A stretch of DNA of 64,000 nt from Paraspadella gotoi (GCA_051294375.1 CM119267.1:18082992-18146991); one strand, 5' to 3'. Positions 11,746-23,815 are shown, counted from the first letter of the stretch. The notes: a model not told the origin generated them from the sequence alone. Numbers and translations are program-made.

Positions 11746-14700
11746 ATGGGCGACGAAATCATGAATTTTCAGCCAAGTCTAGTCGATGCCACGTTGTGGA
11801 ACCAAGAAAAGAAAACACCGCCAGGTTCCCTCAACGCGATCGCAACCCTTGCCACCACTGAAGATTTCAACGAGGTGGTCGCAGCCATCAGGTTCGTTGC
11901 TTTATAGTTTATTATATGATTTCTTGTCAATAAAAAAACACAAATTTGTGGAAGACGATACCGCGAGCAGTTTACCGTCCGTTGCACACAAGGTCCCGAA
12001 CTTCGGATCGGGCTGTAGTCCGACACTACAGGTGGGTTAGACGCCCCGTCCCGCTTTTACTTGTGTGAATCAGCAGGGCGCGAACCCGAGTCCTTTGGGT
12101 TGGGAGGAGCTCGTGCTACCTCCGGCGCCATAGGTGCTGCTGATTCTCGGACGAGTAGTGGGGTATGAAATACTACCACTACAAATTTTAAATTTCAGTT
12201 TAACTTGAAAAATTACACCCTTGGGCCTTGGCTCTTTTAATCTTCGACTCATAGGGCTGCGAAGCAGGGTGACGGAGGTGGAGCCTATGACAAAGAAATT
12301 TCCCGATTGAAACACATGGTGCGCAACAATCACTGGCCAGTGCACCATGAAATAAGGGCGACCCTTTGGCAAACTCTGTGCAACATTCGTGCAAATGTTG
12401 AAAAGGTACAGTACTGTATCTCTTCCTTAGTTATTTAGTCAGTGGGTGGAGAGATTTTTCAAACCAAGGCAAAATACTTTGGATAACAAATTAACCCTCT
12501 TCTTGTGTTTTTATTTCAGAATGTCTTACACAGTTTGAAACATATCAAAATGGTTAGCCTTTGGCGTTACCCGTTTGTCTTCTTTCTCTAGGCTCGCTAG
12601 TCAATTCCTTTATCTATATGAACTCTTTTGTGGAAAGGGTGATTCGGCCAAATAACCTAATAAAAAGATTTTTTTCCCAATTTATCCATTCGCCTCTCTT
12701 TATAATCTTGGAATTTAGTAGTATCTCATTCTTGATGAACAAAAAGAGGGCTTTAAAACTATGTTGACAAACGGCTCGAATTATCCTCATCCGTATATTC
12801 GTATTGTTTCTAGTCAAACCTATATTTAAACTTAGTTTTTTAAATTCATTTTTGAATCAAAATAAACTTTTCTCGATGTCCTACAGTTTAACTCGTCCAA
12901 AATGTAGTTTTTACAACTTTAGTTACAAAGCTTTCCCGCTACCTAAGTAAATTACCCGTACATTCTTATTAGTCTGTTCCCAATACTTATCTGTTTATCC
13001 TGAACTCTAGGAGCCGTATCATGCTCTTTGCGAAGATATTTTCGGACCTTCGTCAAACCGTCGCAAGGACGTTGAGCTTCCAGCTTTTGTCAACCCCCAA
13101 TTTGTTCTCAACTACCACTTAAATGCGGAGGGTATTGCCGCCGCTAAGAGAATCGTTTGCACTATCGGTGAGAGACTGTATGACTAATGACTATGAGTAA
13201 TTTTGTGCTCGTTTATTCCAAATCTTTGAATCCGCCTCATTAGAAAGCTAAAAGTAAAACGTAAATAGAGATGCGCATTTTAAATTTCCTATCGATCGGT
13301 ACCAAATTTATTGAAAAATACTCAATAGTTTAGAAACGATGCTCATCCCCAACGTAAATGCGCAGAAAAATCAGAAATCGCAACTCATACGTTTTTCTCT
13401 ATCGGTACAGCTTTGTCGAAATGGCACCTTCGAAACCACCCTTGTTATATAATATGTAAGACTGATATCAAATTTTATTAGTATCTTTCTTCCTATATAT
13501 ACCGCTACCAAATCATCGCATGTTATTTCAAGTTAAAAAAAAAATTAGAATTAATAACTACTGAACTGCTGTCTCCGTTAATATTTTTTTTTAAAAATCT
13601 ATGCGGCATCCGTGATTTATCGAACCTTTGACAGTAACTGAATTATTCCATCATTCATGGCCACTATTTTTTTTTTAGCTCATAATCACCCGGAAATCAC
13701 GTGGGCGCCACGCATGTACCCTACCACCGCCCTACTGCTCCATTACATGTCCGAGTCCTCCGCCTATGACGCCATGTGCGCCCTTTACCGCTCTAACAAG
13801 GAATTCACGCAATTCTCGGAGACGAAAAATTCCTACAAAGCGTCGAAACTCGTCCTCAAGGATCTCACCAAAAAATATGCCAAGAACGTTTACAGGTGGG
13901 GGTTTTCTTTGAGTCGTCTTTTGTTTGAACAAATTCCCACTCGAAACCAACCAAAGCGGATTTATTCTTTTCTATTAATTTTTGTTGTTGTTGTTGTTGT
14001 TGCTGAGACGCTAAGAAGATTGGGGCGAAGATAAGGCAAAACTATAAAACTGTCCTTTCGCAATTCTTTGTTGGCAACCTTTAATTTAGTCTCCTTCTTC
14101 TCTCTTTCTCTCTCCTTCATTAACTTACTCTCAAAAGTCCCTTTGTAAATATTTTGCGCTGATGAAGTCGTTTTTTACAAATAAATCGAAAGATCAAAAA
14201 AATGAAACAAAAAGTTTACATTAAATAGAAGCTAAATTAGTGTGGTAAAATAAATACAAGATACAGTTCTTATACCGCGGTAGAGCGCTAAGTTCCGGTT
14301 ACTTTTTATACAATTTCATTTTTTTCTATGATTATATCACCACCCACTATTCTTTTCTACTTGGTCAGATTCTTCCTGAGGTATTCGGCGCCGGATCAAC
14401 CGGACGCCCTTTTCGACCGGTGGGTGTGGTGGCTCTTCGACTGCTTCCCCTTTCACGCGGTAGTTCGCATGGTCGACTGCTACCTGGTCGAAGGATCCAA
14501 GGTTCTCTACCGTGTCGCCATCGCCGTCATTCTTGAGTTTTACAAATACGCGGGTGAGTCGTGGGGTGGTCAATAGAATTATGCTACAGAGCTTGAGAAG
14601 CTTTTGCTGATAGTGCTTAATCAGTTAAATGTTAATGCTTATGGTTCGTACTTATTGGTGCGACCTACGAGATTAATCAGGAAATTATTTATTATTTGAC

Positions 14701-17352
14701 GCTGCGTTTTCAACAGTTCCAACTAGCTAGCTCGAACTTTTTGTACCCTCGTGTGCAGACCTGATAACTCCCGGATGCTACCCCAGGCAATTTGATTTTT
14801 ACGTGACGCTAAGATCGGCTCGCTTCTGGCTGCCGTGGAGCGGTCGCTCGTCCAATGAAAAGACCTCAGTCAATAAAACCACTCTGGGCGCCGAGATGAA
14901 TAACGAGAACGAGATACTGAACGACTCCGAAGGTGATTCCGCGGACGCTCGTTGCTTTTGTCGGGCTCGTCCTTCTCTCGCCCTCTGCCTTTGCCGTCTC
15001 AAGCGAGTCTCGGTCTCCTCGAATCCCTTTCCATTCCCAAGATCGAAAAATTGGATTTTATTTCGGTCGCGTCGCTCCTTTAAAATCGAGACGGCGAGCG
15101 ACGACGCGTTCCGCGGTGCAGGCGCGGGGAAGCTCGACAGAGAGACGTGTTTCGAGAATCCAAATCGTCGGTTGTTGAACCCCACCAGTGACGGTGGGGA
15201 GAGTCGAGCGCGAACGCCGATATTTATTTATCCGTGCGATCCGGAAGTGGGAGTCTCTGATAAAAGGTTCGGCCGAGGAAAAACCATCGTTGTCTGGGGT
15301 GGGACGCCTCCGATCGTAGGTAAGGGAATTTTTTTTTTTCAATGCTGGAAATACGTTGGCTTCTCATAACATTCTCTACCTGCAATTCTTTCAATTTGTC
15401 TTTACTGTAACAATGGTTTAATTTTTTTTTGTCTTTTGATCTTCAAATATATCTGTTTCACTGGTGTAAATATTTTATACTGGAATATATAATAATTACG
15501 TTCAATACCGCTTAAGAAAATACGTAGAAAGTCTCAGAGGCTTATTATTTATTTATTGGAATAGACGCCTAAAAAAATTTTTCGACAACTCCCAGCCTCC
15601 TTAACTCTTTTATCCTTTCCCCGCTTCACGCCAAAGGTCGCAACTCGGAGAACCTGATGACGACTTCGTGCCCTTCGCGGGCCATCGAGGCCTTCTGCTC
15701 CTCGGGCGACATCGATTTCGGACGAGTATTCAGGAAGGCGTTCAAGTTACGCGGGTTCAGCCGGAAGGAAATCAACTCGCTGCTCAACAAAAATGAAAAG
15801 AAAATTCAGGTGAGCATTGGCGAAACGCGGTATGGTATTGATGGGATAAGGTGACAAGATTTAAGATTTGAACCTAACGGGGTCGGTCAAGCCTTCTTTA
15901 CATCGGTTTTGTGTTTTTTTTTTGTTTTTTTTACATTTTTGGGGCTCAATATCGTATCTGCTAACCGGTTTTCGGTAAGTTTCTCACGTAGGTTTGTATT
16001 GTTATTCGTTCTCGTTCTAAATTTTCTTCGCCGGTTATGTACATGGCTTCTTCGATGCCTTATAATTTTTCGATTTTTTAGGATTTGCCGAGCACCCTTT
16101 CTATGCTTGACATGGCATGGATGACCACCGTGAATCCCGGATGTAAATCCCTCACAGACGAACAGTGGCGTCTTCTCTTTTCGTGGGTGCCTCCCAGGTC
16201 AGTTTCGTTAGCCTCGTCCCGAACAGTATCTTTCTATTACTTTAATTTTTTTGGATTAATAATGAGGTTTTACATTGATTGTGCCCATTTCATTGACATT
16301 TTTACGTTGGGATTTTGATATTTAATGTTCTCAGTATTCACCGGAGGACGCATTACGTTGTTATGAATGAATCCAGAGATTCCATGGGCCAAATGATAAG
16401 GTTATCGTCTTAAGCAGTGGTTTAGTCGATTAAAGTAGTTTATCAGATTCCCAAAACTTTTAGTTATTATTGATCAGCCAAATCAGCCAATTATTGATCA
16501 GCCAATCTTGTGGGAATTTAATTCTGCTCAAATTGGGATTTGTCCTTTTAACTAACGTGAATGTTTTTTCAGTGACATTTTATAATTTTTTTATCACCTA
16601 TTTTTCTTAACAGGTTCACGGTGAACGATTCGATTCTATTATTCACAACGGATCGAGATGGAATAAGTCTTCGTACCCTTTATCAAAAGGTCGAGAGGGG
16701 CGTTACTGGCGTTCAAAATTAAGATTACTCAGCTAAACTGTGAACTTTACCCCATCGATCGTGTGTAATTTACGTTTTTCTCAGGTTGAGGACTATGAAC
16801 CGCTGCTCCTTCTCGTCTCCCCGATGGAAACGGAGGACGGCAGAGACGTCGTCTTCGGCGCCTATCTCTCGCAAAATCTCGCCAACCGCCACAACCGACA
16901 CAACCGCGGGTTTTTCGGTAACGGCGAGTCATTTTTGTTTTCCTTCTCGCCGGAACCCCGTAAGTACGAGTGGGTCGGAACGAGACGTGGGGCTGAAATC
17001 AGCGTCGAGTCCTCGCTCTTCCTCGCCGCCGACGACACGAGTCTAATCATTGGTGAGGAGTTGATCCTTTTCCTTTTCAGAAACAAAATTCTTGACTTAT
17101 TTAATTTTTGAATTTGTGAAAATAAATTCATGATGAATTGATGATCTTTTTCCTACCGATGACAATTATTTTGGTAATTCAACTTTAGGAGGCGGCGGCA
17201 GCGGAGAGGGACTTTCCATCGACGAGGAGCTGAACCGCGGTCGAACTCAAACCTGCAAAACTTTCAACAATCCACCACTCATATCCGGCGGGGACTTTAC
17301 TTGTCGTCTCGTCGAGGTCGTCGGTTTCGGGACCAGACCCTCCCCTGGCTAG
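11746..17352 (+). CDS. TBC1D24: TBC1 domain family member 24 / skywalker-like Rab-GAP (TBC + TLDc), 10 exons
   Basis: Phase-consistent GT-AG exons 11746-11891, 12255-12405, 13011-13167, 13679-13895, 14369-14553, 15637-15809, 16082-16197, 16614-16689, 16785-17052, 17189-17352. Motifs LKHMVRNNHWPVHHEIRATLW, VVRMVDCYLVEGSKVLYRVA and TLDc LLFTTDRDGISLRTLY, FGAYLS, FFGNGESFLFSF, GRTQTCKTFNNPPL. Confidence 0.95.
11948..12180 (+). ncRNA. Unclassified highly structured intronic RNA-like or SINE-like insert
   Basis: GC-rich island in an AT-rich intron with at least 8 nested helices, G-U pairs that work only on +, a CUUCGG motif, and flanking direct repeat ACAAATTT. Confidence 0.55.
14896..15319 (+). 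CDS. Putative alternative first exon of TBC1D24 (TLDc-only isoform)
   Basis: ATG 14896 opens a frame running to a strong donor G|GTAAGG at 15320, phase 1, in frame with the exon at 15637. Confidence 0.45.
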
Positions 17353-18486
17353 CTTGTCAATCTGAAAAGCCCTCCGCCGTATTTAGTCGAGGTTCCTCCC
17401 GACCCGACCCCTTCGAGTATTCGATATCCTTCTCATTAAAACTCCTTTCAAGTATCCGCCGTCAGAATTGCCAACGCCTAGGAGAGGCTCGCGAAAGAAT
17501 CCCGCGTCCATTGTCTTTGGTTTTCTTCCGGCTTATGTCGTCTTTTTGTTTTCTCGGGGAATATTGATTTTCTACAATCGATTTTAACCGCTGACGATTA
17601 TCGTAAATGATTCGTGGTTCTTTTAAATGTTCGCGGCTTTCTAGGCTCCACTGTGATATTTATTTAACGTAGTAGTGTTTATAATTGTTGTTGTCCCAGT
17701 TCTCATTTCATCATCACAATAATTCATAACAAATTTTGATTTGGTTAATACCAACAAGAAACTATGATAATCTACAATTGTAATTTCTAAATTATCCCAT
17801 TTCAATTTTTGTTTGTATTAAAATCCCTTTCAAGTTTCATAGTTAATATATTTATTTTTCCAAGCTTTATTAACCATCAATAAACCAATATATATATATA
17901 AATTTAATAACGAAATGAAAATACACCTTTTCAATTAATTTTAATATAAAAATGCTTATACATACCTCATTTTTAAGTGCACATAATCGTTGGGCTATTT
18001 TTTATGAATATTTGTGGTGAATTACAATAAATCTTTAACAAGTTCATTTGTTAGAACTTTTCATTTACTTTGGTATATGTAGCATTTTAGTTTTTCTTTG
18101 AGTTTGTTACTGAATTTTGTGAATAGTAAATTATTGCCAGATCATTCAATTTTAGAGTTCCTGAGCTCCTGAGTTCCTCAATCTTTAGATTTAAGATTCA
18201 TAGTTATATTTTTCGGAAGCGAGAAAAAAAACTATTTCTGCATTTTTTGTACAACTAGAAGATTTTGGCATTTCACACTATCATCATTTTATCAATTAAA
18301 GATTTAGTTAGTCAAACAGTCTCGTGCATTAATTTACGTGTTGATCTAGTATTTTTAGATTTTGGTAAAAGTTTGACAAAAATCCGGCAATTAGTTTTTG
18401 ACCAAGTATACGAGAAACGGGAGAGACTGCAGCCGCTTAGCGTCAAAAAGTTAAAAAGGTCTTTTCTCCTGACATGAATTTTGGGG

Positions 18487-20679
18487 ATGTCATTGCAGAC
18501 GCATCTCTTCTTTCTATCCCTCGTTTACAATCGAGCATTGACGGTGACGTTCGCAGCTTCTCAAGTTGAAGAAAATCTGCGTCAGGTGTCCGTTTTGAAT
18601 AAAACTTTGACTCTATAATAATCTATGATTAATTTTATTAGGTTAGGGATAGTAATTTAGAGGCAGTAATAGTTGGCACAAGCTCACTTTGATATCAATG
18701 ACTATGTAACGAGGTATGACTTTTTATTAAATGTGATAATTTTGAGATGCGCGAAAACGTTCCCGGCGATATATGACTGCTAAAAAAACAAAAGACAGAT
18801 TTCGGGCGCGGACTTTAAAGTTTAAAAGATACCGTGTCGAAAGATCGTATTTGGCTTGAGGGATCTTTCACGAATCGAATTTGGAGGGAAAATATTACGT
18901 AAACAAGTTTTATATATTTTATTTTCTGAAAGAGAAAACAAAGCAAACAAATATTTGCGAGAATGGTTTGGATGATGTACAACAAAATTTAGGGAAAAAA
19001 AGAGAGATCAGTCAGGCAATTCCGTCCACATGAGGCGGCAGTTCAATCACGTGACTTTGGGAAGCGAGCAGGTCCCTATTTTCGCGCTGAAGGCATACAG
19101 ATAGACCTGCGCTGAAGGCATACAGATAGACCTGCATTTGTTGCTTGGAATTTGGGGCATGGGATATGGATGCACTTTCAAACCTCGCCTGTTGAGCTCG
19201 ATCCAGGGCATAGGTGGGATTGATGGTGTGACTAAAATAATCCTGGCGAAGAGGGGAGTTAACTGTTACATCAAAAGCTGTAGTAGTCTTGTTTTTGCAT
19301 CTTTTCCACTCTCGGGTGGTGAAGTCGCCAGAATTCTATTTCAGAATGCAATTCTCTCGACTGCTTTAGCAGCCTTTCTCACGCCCACCAAAGAGAGGTT
19401 GTGACGGTGAATTTTGTCTCCGGTAGAGGAGCAAGCTGAAATGGTGTTGTACCCAGAGGGTTTGTCGCAGGAGAGGCAGGGACCAGGAGCTGGAAAGATG
19501 GGAAGCCGCAGACGGTATTTGACGGACATTATGAAAGATTTGTGAGTAAGAAGCAAGCCAAGAGCAGAAGGGATGAGATTGAGGTCTCCTGTTCTGGGAA
19601 GACAAACGGATTGGAGAACGGCTCGAAAGCGCTCATTTATACACTATATAGCTTTTAGCTTCTATACGAACATCGATTGTTATTCTGAATTTATGATACT
19701 TTTATTTACATAGGAATTGATTGAGGTTTTGATCCAATGAGTATATTCTTCCCCCTTCAGGAGCTAGTGGAATTGCGCCAGATCGTGACGTCAAGAAACA
19801 AGAGTCTCGATGAATTTGAAGACGATTCCAAGCGACCGTTCATCATCCTGTCGCGCGATCTTGTCGTTCCTCTCCTCTGCGCTTTTCTTCTCGGGATCAT
19901 ATTTGGTCTGAGCGTTCGTAGCCTTTACCACTGCATCATCGCTCGGTGTCCCGCAGGTTTGCCCGGTAGGGAAATATTTTTTTTTTTAAATTTACAATAG
20001 AAAGTAATAATATCCCCTTTAATATTCCCTTATTTTTCTGCAAGTGCAACGAAGCGCCCGTTTATCGTTAGATCACAACGTCTCCCAGGCTCTCCCCGCT
20101 TATTCTGAAGAACCGAGACGGACAGAGGTCCGCCTTCAGCAGACGCTTATGAGTCCAATTGCCAGCCAGCCTTCTCACTACACCCCGCGCAAAACTAACA
20201 ACGGGCTACTGGAACCCCTGCCGACTGTGATCGAAGCACCGGCACAAGGCGTTTCGATTCGTAAAAGAAGCGCGGAACTCAAATCGCCGCTTCAGCATCG
20301 AGCATCGGCGCAGTCCCAGTTGGAGGCGAACCATTCGCAATATCCTGAGTTGCCGCTAAGTTCGTCATCGTTTCGATCTCCGCCTCAAAGTCCGCGGATG
20401 CCGACCTCGACGACTTCGGAGGCTCACGTTCAGTTCGCTCCTTCTTCGCCAATGAACGGGAATGGCGATAGCGGCGGCGTCGAGGGAGGCTCTAATCAAC
20501 AGTACCTACTGAATTACAGCGGCGCGGTTTTCCATTTGGGCGACCCGCGTCAGTTGTTGCAGATTCAAGCCATTCAGCAGACGAGGACGCAGAATTTGCA
20601 ACAGATTTACGATCGAAGGCGGGAGAGATATACGTCTACTAGTTCCGCGAAAGAAATGCAGTATCATTCTCTTGATTGA
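18487..20679 (+). CDS. Orphan single-pass type I membrane protein, about 310 aa
   Basis: Exons 18487-18585 (signal-peptide-like), 19761-19965 (TM LVVPLLCAFLLGIIFGLSV; alternative donor after 19956) and 20045-20679 (Ser/Pro/Gln-rich tail). Splice phases 0 and 1 are consistent. Confidence 0.7.
19011..19620 (-). mobile_element. Degenerate 3' fragment of a CRE-clade (RLE endonuclease) non-LTR retrotransposon
   Basis: Frameshifted peptides on -: YRLRLPIFPAPGPCLSC...C..GDKIHRHN (zinc knuckle), GDFTTREW...AFDVTVNSPL (PD-D/ExK endonuclease) and LSVCLQREN...PPHVDGIA*. A 25-bp tandem duplication lies at 19084-19135. Confidence 0.75.
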
Positions 20680-20823
20680 AATATTTTCTGATGGATATTA
20701 GGAACGAGAACTGTCGAAGTTAATAATCATTTGTTGAGATGGTTTTAATATTGAGACTAGTTAAGGAACTCTTGATAATTATACTGATTTAAAAATCTTA
20801 TTTCACGATTAGTTTTGGAGGTA

Positions 20824-21304
20824 CACTCATGTGCAAAAAAAAAAAAACAAAACGCCCCACTCTATAACTTTAAATTTCAAATGTTCCATAAGAATATTTC
20901 TAAAAATTATTTTAAAAAAAATGAATTAAAAAGAATTTTGTTAAAAATTTTATTATAATTTATCAAGTGATTTGAGAAATGATTTTTTTAAACTTGAGTG
21001 TTCTAAAACAAGATTTTGATAATTTAAATTTGTTTATATTTAGTTTTGCTGTAGAGTACTTCATTTAATTAAAATTTTATTTATAAGATCTACTGTCCAA
21101 AAAATTAATTTTTAAAAGAATAGTATTTTTTAATGATTGAAATATTTTAATCAATAACTTTAACCTCGTTTTGTTTATAGTGGTAGTTTTAATAGATAGT
21201 TTAATTTTTTTTAAAACTGATATTAATTTTTTTATTTTAAAAAAAAAGTTAATTCATTTTTGATATCGAGTGATATAAAGGGGTTTTTTTTGTGGACATG
21301 ACTA
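20824..21304. mobile_element. Degenerate Tc1/mariner-like MITE
   Basis: ta-cactcatgtgcaaaaaaa...cccca at left versus ggggttttttttgtggacatgacta at right (imperfect TIR), with an AT-rich interior. Confidence 0.45.
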
Positions 21305-21529
21305 GAACGACTATTAAGTTGTAAGTCAATTTTTGAAAAAAATCTAACATAGTTAATGTTTGAGGGTAATTTCAGATCCAGTTAGTTCTTTGCGGATTTA
21401 CCGTAGTTGCAGAATACGGATTGTGAAAAATTTATTTTCTTAATGTCAAAGTAAGGTTTTCACTTTGTATTGATAAGTCATATTAATGTTTTTCTTTACC
21501 TTGCAGTTAATCTTTCCTACAATTTCGTC

Positions 21530-23815
21530 ATGTCTAATAAGTTTCAAAGTGCCGTTGAAAAAGTATCTCCCAAAGACTCGAGTCCAGAACCGGAGGTGGC
21601 GCCAGCTTTCAGTATCTTTGACAAAACTTCGGAAGATACCCAGTCCGATGATACGGTGGAAACCGTGCCTGTGCAAAGGGAACTTGAAAACAGCGTTAGT
21701 GCTTCCCAGGTAACCGACCCTAATGTGTCCAGTCTGGTATCGAGAGAAACCAACGTCGCCGAACTAAATGTGGTCCCCACGGAAGACTCCGAAAAGTCGG
21801 TCCAGGAGAAACTATCGATGCCAGAAGTGACCAAGGATGAGTTGTCGGTTAACGAAATTGAACAATCGTCCGACGCGGATCAAGGTGTGAACGAGATAAA
21901 AGTGGTGAGCTCGGTCGAAAATCGCGGACGTATCCCTGAAGCGGACGACAACGAAGACGACGACGAAGAGGAGGAAAACGTCAACGTCATCATTCGCAAC
22001 GTGAAGGTGGTCGCCGTTGGCGAATAGAAAATCCACCCCGATTTGCGCATTCTCCACTTTAATTCCCCTTCTTCAGTCCCAAGTTAAGAACAAGCCGGTC
22101 GTTTTGCTCCCCGTTACAACGGCCGCACCTCCCGAGGATCCGCCGGCGCCCAAAATCGACGTTTTCGGCGCCGACACTATCAACGGCGTCCCCTTAGCCC
22201 AATTCGACATCGACGCCATTGCTGACAAACCCTGGCGAAAACCCGGAGCCGATATCACCGACTATTTTAACTACGGCTTCACCGAGGAGACTTGGAAGGT
22301 GTGAGGAATGAGGTTTGGGGATTTTGTTAACCCTTTAAAGAGGGGAATAAGTGTTTTCTTTTAATTTTTTCTTTTCTTGTTACCATGTTCGATGTTTTTG
22401 TATAGGCATCTCACTGTTGGCTTTAGGGGTTTCCGCTGCCACTGGCGCGGTTACCCGAGGACAGTCTCGCTTTGCCAATACAGAGGGAAGTCGTTAGGAC
22501 TGCATGGAACACAACTCTTGGGATAATGTGTTCCCCCTCTGAGCCAATGGGATTGGCTGAACGATGGTGGATGTGAGGCGGTTTGTATATACCGCCACAA
22601 TATATTGCATATGATCTAGTTTAACATCTATGATTTCGACCAACCTGATCTTATGCTTTCGTAATCTATTAATTTGTTTCCATTTTCTTTAAGGCCTACT
22701 GTTTGAAGGCCCATTTGCTTCGAGGCCACAACGGACTCTCTTCCGTCGGCCATCCTAACTTTTCTCCCTCGACGTTCGTGGAAAATCTGATTCGCCACGA
22801 CACCGACCGATCCTTGCGACGATTCTCATTTTTGGCCTCTAAGGACGTCAAGGCAGACGAGCCGGCCTCGATTTCTGTCATAGGGGCTTCGGAGGCGACG
22901 TCTCGCCGAGTTGCATCGCCGCCGCCGCGAGCGTCCGTCGATGAGGTCCCGCCGCTTCCGCCACCGCAAAACGACATCGCTCAGGGAATGTCTCAACTTT
23001 TGGTCGCCGAAGGAGGCGTGGCCGCTTTCGCTGGAATCGCCGGCCCGCCTCACCCAAATTCGCGCACCTCTCAGTTTATCTCTCCTGCTCCTTTTTTCCC
23101 CACTAACCCCCATTTGCCGCCTTTCCTGCCACCCTTCGAATCCTTCGCCGGAGCGCCCACAGGGCCCTTACCGCCTTGCCCGGTCGGTGGAATGCTTCCT
23201 CCGGGCACAATCGCGCCCCCCGGCACCGGTCCTCCTACCCGGCACGAAGTGCAGCCTCCTGGCACGATTCCGGCCAATCTGGCGCCGAATTTGAACGCGA
23301 TGCGTCCGCCGGGAACTTCGTCACCGCCCGGCTTTCAGCGAAGTTCGCTCTTTTCGCCAATCGGGGCTTTACCGGGAAAATCTCGCCCTCCCTCGATGCC
23401 GGCGCGATCGCTTCGTCGAGCCCCACCGCCCGGCCCGATCTCCCCTCGCCGCCGGCCGCCTCAATCTTCCAACGCGCGCGATCGTTCCCCGCCTCCCCCT
23501 CTGCGTCAGCACCCGCATCACCAGCTCCGCGCGCGTGAGCTGGACGAGATGGAGCGACGGCGTCGCAGCGATGATGGAGCGGCGCCGTGGTACAGATCCG
23601 CGCCGCGCTGGGGCAGGGAAAGTAAAGAGAGGAAGAGAAAAGAGCCGGGAGACGAAAGAGTCGCGAGGAGGAAAGATAAAAATCGAGATCGCGAAGACTT
23701 TGATAAAGAGAAAGACGAGGATGCGTTTGAGAATCGGCAGAGAGAGAGAAGATGCTCTTCGACTAACGATCGGGAAAACAAAATCGCAAAGCAAATTAAG
23801 ATTGAGAAAGATTGA
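21530..23815 (+). CDS. FIP1L1: Pre-mRNA 3'-end processing factor FIP1
   Basis: Exons 21530-22006, 22077-22298, 22694-23815. Acidic N-terminus, Fip1 motif [25 protein letters not shown]|AYC, Pro-rich middle and R/E/D-rich C-terminus. AATAAA at 24006-24011. Confidence 0.95.
22405..22600 (+). repeat. Diverged structured SINE-like repeat (relatives at 53205-53382 and about 3575-3630)
   Basis: Shared blocks gttggc.ttag, ccactggcgcggt, tctcgctttgccaa, gggaagtc..taggac and a 3' end tata.cgcca. Confidence 0.65.

Noticed and set aside
12030-12042. CTAACCC on - as a telomerase RNA template (vertebrate TERC lies near LRRC34)
   Set aside because: Only 7 nt long. G-U pairing favours the + strand, and I found no pseudoknot or CR4/5 domain.
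11985-12067. tRNA gene (cloverleaf shape)
   Set aside because: No canonical T-loop, D-loop or U33, and the arm lengths are wrong.
14155-14200. CTGATGA...CGAAAGATC hammerhead-like string, with weaker ones near 7546 and 11141
   Set aside because: Stems I and II do not form convincingly or core bases are missing. At best these are dead relics.
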